From: Nitrospirales bacterium | GTDB taxonomy: Bacteria; Nitrospirota; Nitrospiria; Nitrospirales; UBA8639 | NCBI GenBank assembly: GCA_963422365.1 | Contig: OY729426.1 | Span: 1,600,001-1,664,000, forward strand | DNA: 64,000 nt | Reading direction: 5' to 3' | Shown here: positions 61,964-64,000 of the stretch, one piece after another | Position numbering within the stretch: position 1 is the stretch's first letter | Layout of the letters: each line of letters opens with the position of its first letter | Made by a program: the position numbers and the translations under genes | Notes under the pieces: model-generated | Databases searched by the model: none | Told to the model about the DNA's origin: nothing | Seen by the model: only the letters and a program-made list of their open reading frames with translations

Positions 61964-62886
61964 AAGGGGCTTCTCGTTGGGGCTCAGACCCCCCGATCGT
62001 CACTCGCCGGTGGCTCATGGGGTTGGTGCTGGGGCTGGCGAGCCTGTTCCCGGTCCCTCTCTCTGTCACGGACGGGGCTCAGCCGGCCGGGGAGGCCGAT
62101 GGCCCATTAAGGGGCACACAAGGGGCCGTGGTGGTGGTGCGGGTTCCAATCCAGGACCGGCCGGACCGAGTCACGGGGACATTTCTCAAACGAACGGTGA
62201 CGTTTTTTCCTGTCAAGGAACAGGTCTATGCCGGCCTGTTGGGGCTGGATATGCAAGATCCTCCCGGTCCGCATGAACTCACGCTTGAGGTCGTCTATCC
62301 TCAGCGGACCGACCATCGTCGGCTGTCGGTGCTGGTGAGGAGGAAAGCGTACCCTGAGCAACGGGTGACGTTGCCCCAACACATGGTGGATCTCGATCGG
62401 GACACGCTGGCTCGCGTCAAGGCCGAAGCCCAAGTCCTGCACCACGCCTTTGAGCATGTGGTGCCGTATCCGTTGTGGAAGGGAGAATTTCTTGAGCCGG
62501 TGCAGGGACACGTCTCCGGACGCTTCGGCAGTCGCCGGGTCATCAACGGACACCCCCGACAGCCTCATAGCGGTGAGGACATTGCGGCTCCCGAAGGTAC
62601 GCCCGTGGCGGCAATGAATGAGGGGATTGTGCGGCTGACCTTGAATCACTTTTTTACAGGACACGGGGTCATCGTGGACCATGGGCTTGGCCTGTTCTCC
62701 ATGTATTTTCACTTATCCGGCGTGGTGGTAGAGCAAGACCAAGCCGTGACGAAAGGGCAGGTGATCGGGTATGTCGGTGCAACGGGACGGGCGACCGGGC
62801 CACATCTTCATTGGGGCGTGCGACTGAATGGAGCCCGGGTTGATCCCTACGCGTTGCTGGCGCTGCCCTTTGACACCCTCTTCTAA
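61960..62886 (+). CDS. M23 family metallopeptidase (exported)
   Basis: HSGED, YFHL, TGPHLHW zinc motifs. Confidence 0.9.
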   Translation: MKGASRWGSDPPIVTRRWLMGLVLGLASLFPVPLSVTDGAQPAGEADGPLRGTQGAVVVVRVPIQDRPDRVTGTFLKRTVTFFPVKEQVYAGLLGLDMQDPPGPHELTLEVVYPQRTDHRRLSVLVRRKAYPEQRVTLPQHMVDLDRDTLARVKAEAQVLHHAFEHVVPYPLWKGEFLEPVQGHVSGRFGSRRVINGHPRQPHSGEDIAAPEGTPVAAMNEGIVRLTLNHFFTGHGVIVDHGLGLFSMYFHLSGVVVEQDQAVTKGQVIGYVGATGRATGPHLHWGVRLNGARVDPYALLALPFDTLF

Positions 62887-62889
62887 CCG

Positions 62890-63616
62890 CAGCGCGTGAT
62901 CCCCCCGCTGGTTCTGCCCAACGGCTGTGTCTGGTGCGGCTCCGGGATTGGGCTGAACAATCGGTACGTTGAGGTGGCCAAGCTCTGGGGCTGACACCGG
63001 GCGGGTCGTGGCCGGGGATTCGTGTCCGGCGGCGGCAAGAGGGGGGGGGATGGCCGTGGTCGCCGAAGCCTGTCTTGCGGAATCCGGGCGAGTGATCGGC
63101 GTGCTTCCTAAGTGTATGGCAGAGCAACATTTCGCCCGGCACAACGTCTCCGCTCTTCACGTGGTTGGGTCGATGCATGCGCGTAACGCCCTCATGGCGA
63201 AGGTGGCCGAGGCCTTTATGGGGCTGCCTGGCGGATACGGTACGCCGGCAGCGTGTTGTGAAATGATCACCTGGCCACAGCGTCGGATTCAGCCGAACCC
63301 CTGTGGGCTCTTCAACGTCAAGGGCGTGTTTGAGTCGTTCCTCACCCTTGTTCGATCAGCCGCTCCTTTCCCACTTCTGCCTTCTGCCTTGTTCCTTCTG
63401 CCTTTCGTGTTTGAGTCGTTCCTCACCCTTGTTCGATCAGCCGCTGCGGGAAGGGTGTATCGCCCCGGAGCCTCGTGCGTTGGGCAGCGCAGCCTCTGCT
63501 CCGGAGACACGGCTCGATCTGTTCGAGCCAGCCGTCACGCCGAATCCCGCTTGAGCCGGGCGGCTTTCTTAAGGAGAAAACAGCCCCGATTGGTTTTAGA
63601 TGGACACTGGGCTTAG
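62890..63616 (+). pseudogene. Degenerate LOG-family nucleotide phosphoribohydrolase (TIGR00730-like)
   Basis: GGM...GRVIGVLP...SMHAR...LPGGYGT...P.GLFNV; decayed N-terminus, altered TLEE motif, internal duplication. Confidence 0.75.
63325..63445 (+). repeat. 40-bp perfect direct repeat flanking a 41-bp TTCTGCC-type insert
   Basis: cgtgtttgagtcgttcctcacccttgttcgatcagccgct at 63325-63364 and 63406-63445. Confidence 0.9.
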
Positions 63617-64000
63617 TAGGCCGGGGGGCGCGAAAGGGGGCGGCTGGTGACCAGTTCGACAACCCGCAGGTTATCAAAGGCAAAGGCTCCTCCCCCGGTG
63701 GTCATGAGTCCGATTTGTCCGGTTGAGAAGGTCGAATCAGAGACCGAGAGGAAGAATTGGTTGTCGAACGAAATCTCAAAAAAATCTTTGCTCACAATCG
63801 TATTTCTCTGGACACGCAGAAAATGCCACAGCGTTCTTTTCTTGGGCCGCACAGCCTGTGCTTTGATCAGCGTCGGGATCCCCTCGTCAAACCGATAGAC
63901 CCTGACCATATTGCTTGCCGGGGACACGAGCACAGCATAAAAATTCTTCACGTCCTGCAGCCCCAACACCAGCCCGGCGGCCGAGGTCGGGGTGCCGCGT
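63613..64000 (-). CDS. C-terminal part of a beta-sandwich protein (DUF1080/concanavalin-like), start outside window
   Basis: AGLVLG..D..NFY, WHFLRV, GQIGL...FDNLRV pattern. Confidence 0.6.
   Translation of the reverse strand, partial: RGTPTSAAGLVLGLQDVKNFYAVLVSPASNMVRVYRFDEGIPTLIKAQAVRPKKRTLWHFLRVQRNTIVSKDFFEISFDNQFFLSVSDSTFSTGQIGLMTTGGGAFAFDNLRVVELVTSRPLSRPPAY

Overview
Bacterial chromosome segment, most likely Nitrospirota. This is inferred from a Pup-proteasome operon in a diderm gene context (TonB, porin, autotransporter); the repeat-rich adhesin and several pseudogenes suggest a host-associated, possibly sponge-symbiotic lineage. (1) 1-19.5 kb is a metal/iron island: partial tonB; MacB/FtsX-type ABC exporter plus AraC; a minus-strand operon encoding a Com-like Cys4 protein, porin, lipoprotein, FMN-binding protein and His-containing 4-TM protein; divergent apbE; fur-futABC-His-rich Spy/CpxP; broken czcD. 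(2) 19.5-42.3 kb is mostly housekeeping: M32 peptidase, tag, fhs, uvrB, ffh-rpsP-rimM-trmD-rplS-rnhB-yraN-ftsEX-envC-ctpA, thiSGE. (3) 42.5-62 kb is an arc-dop-prcB-prcA...pafA operon with no pup gene, split by a ~12.5 kb frameshifted FN3/Ig/Calx-like autotransporter adhesin. The best novel-system candidate is the iron/flavinylation operon: a Fur-box promoter drives a phage Mu Com-like zinc finger, and tandem GAG-N(1-2)-CC motifs lie in the porin leader and over an internal terminator, suggesting RNA-level control. All calls come from reading the sequence only; no database searches were run.
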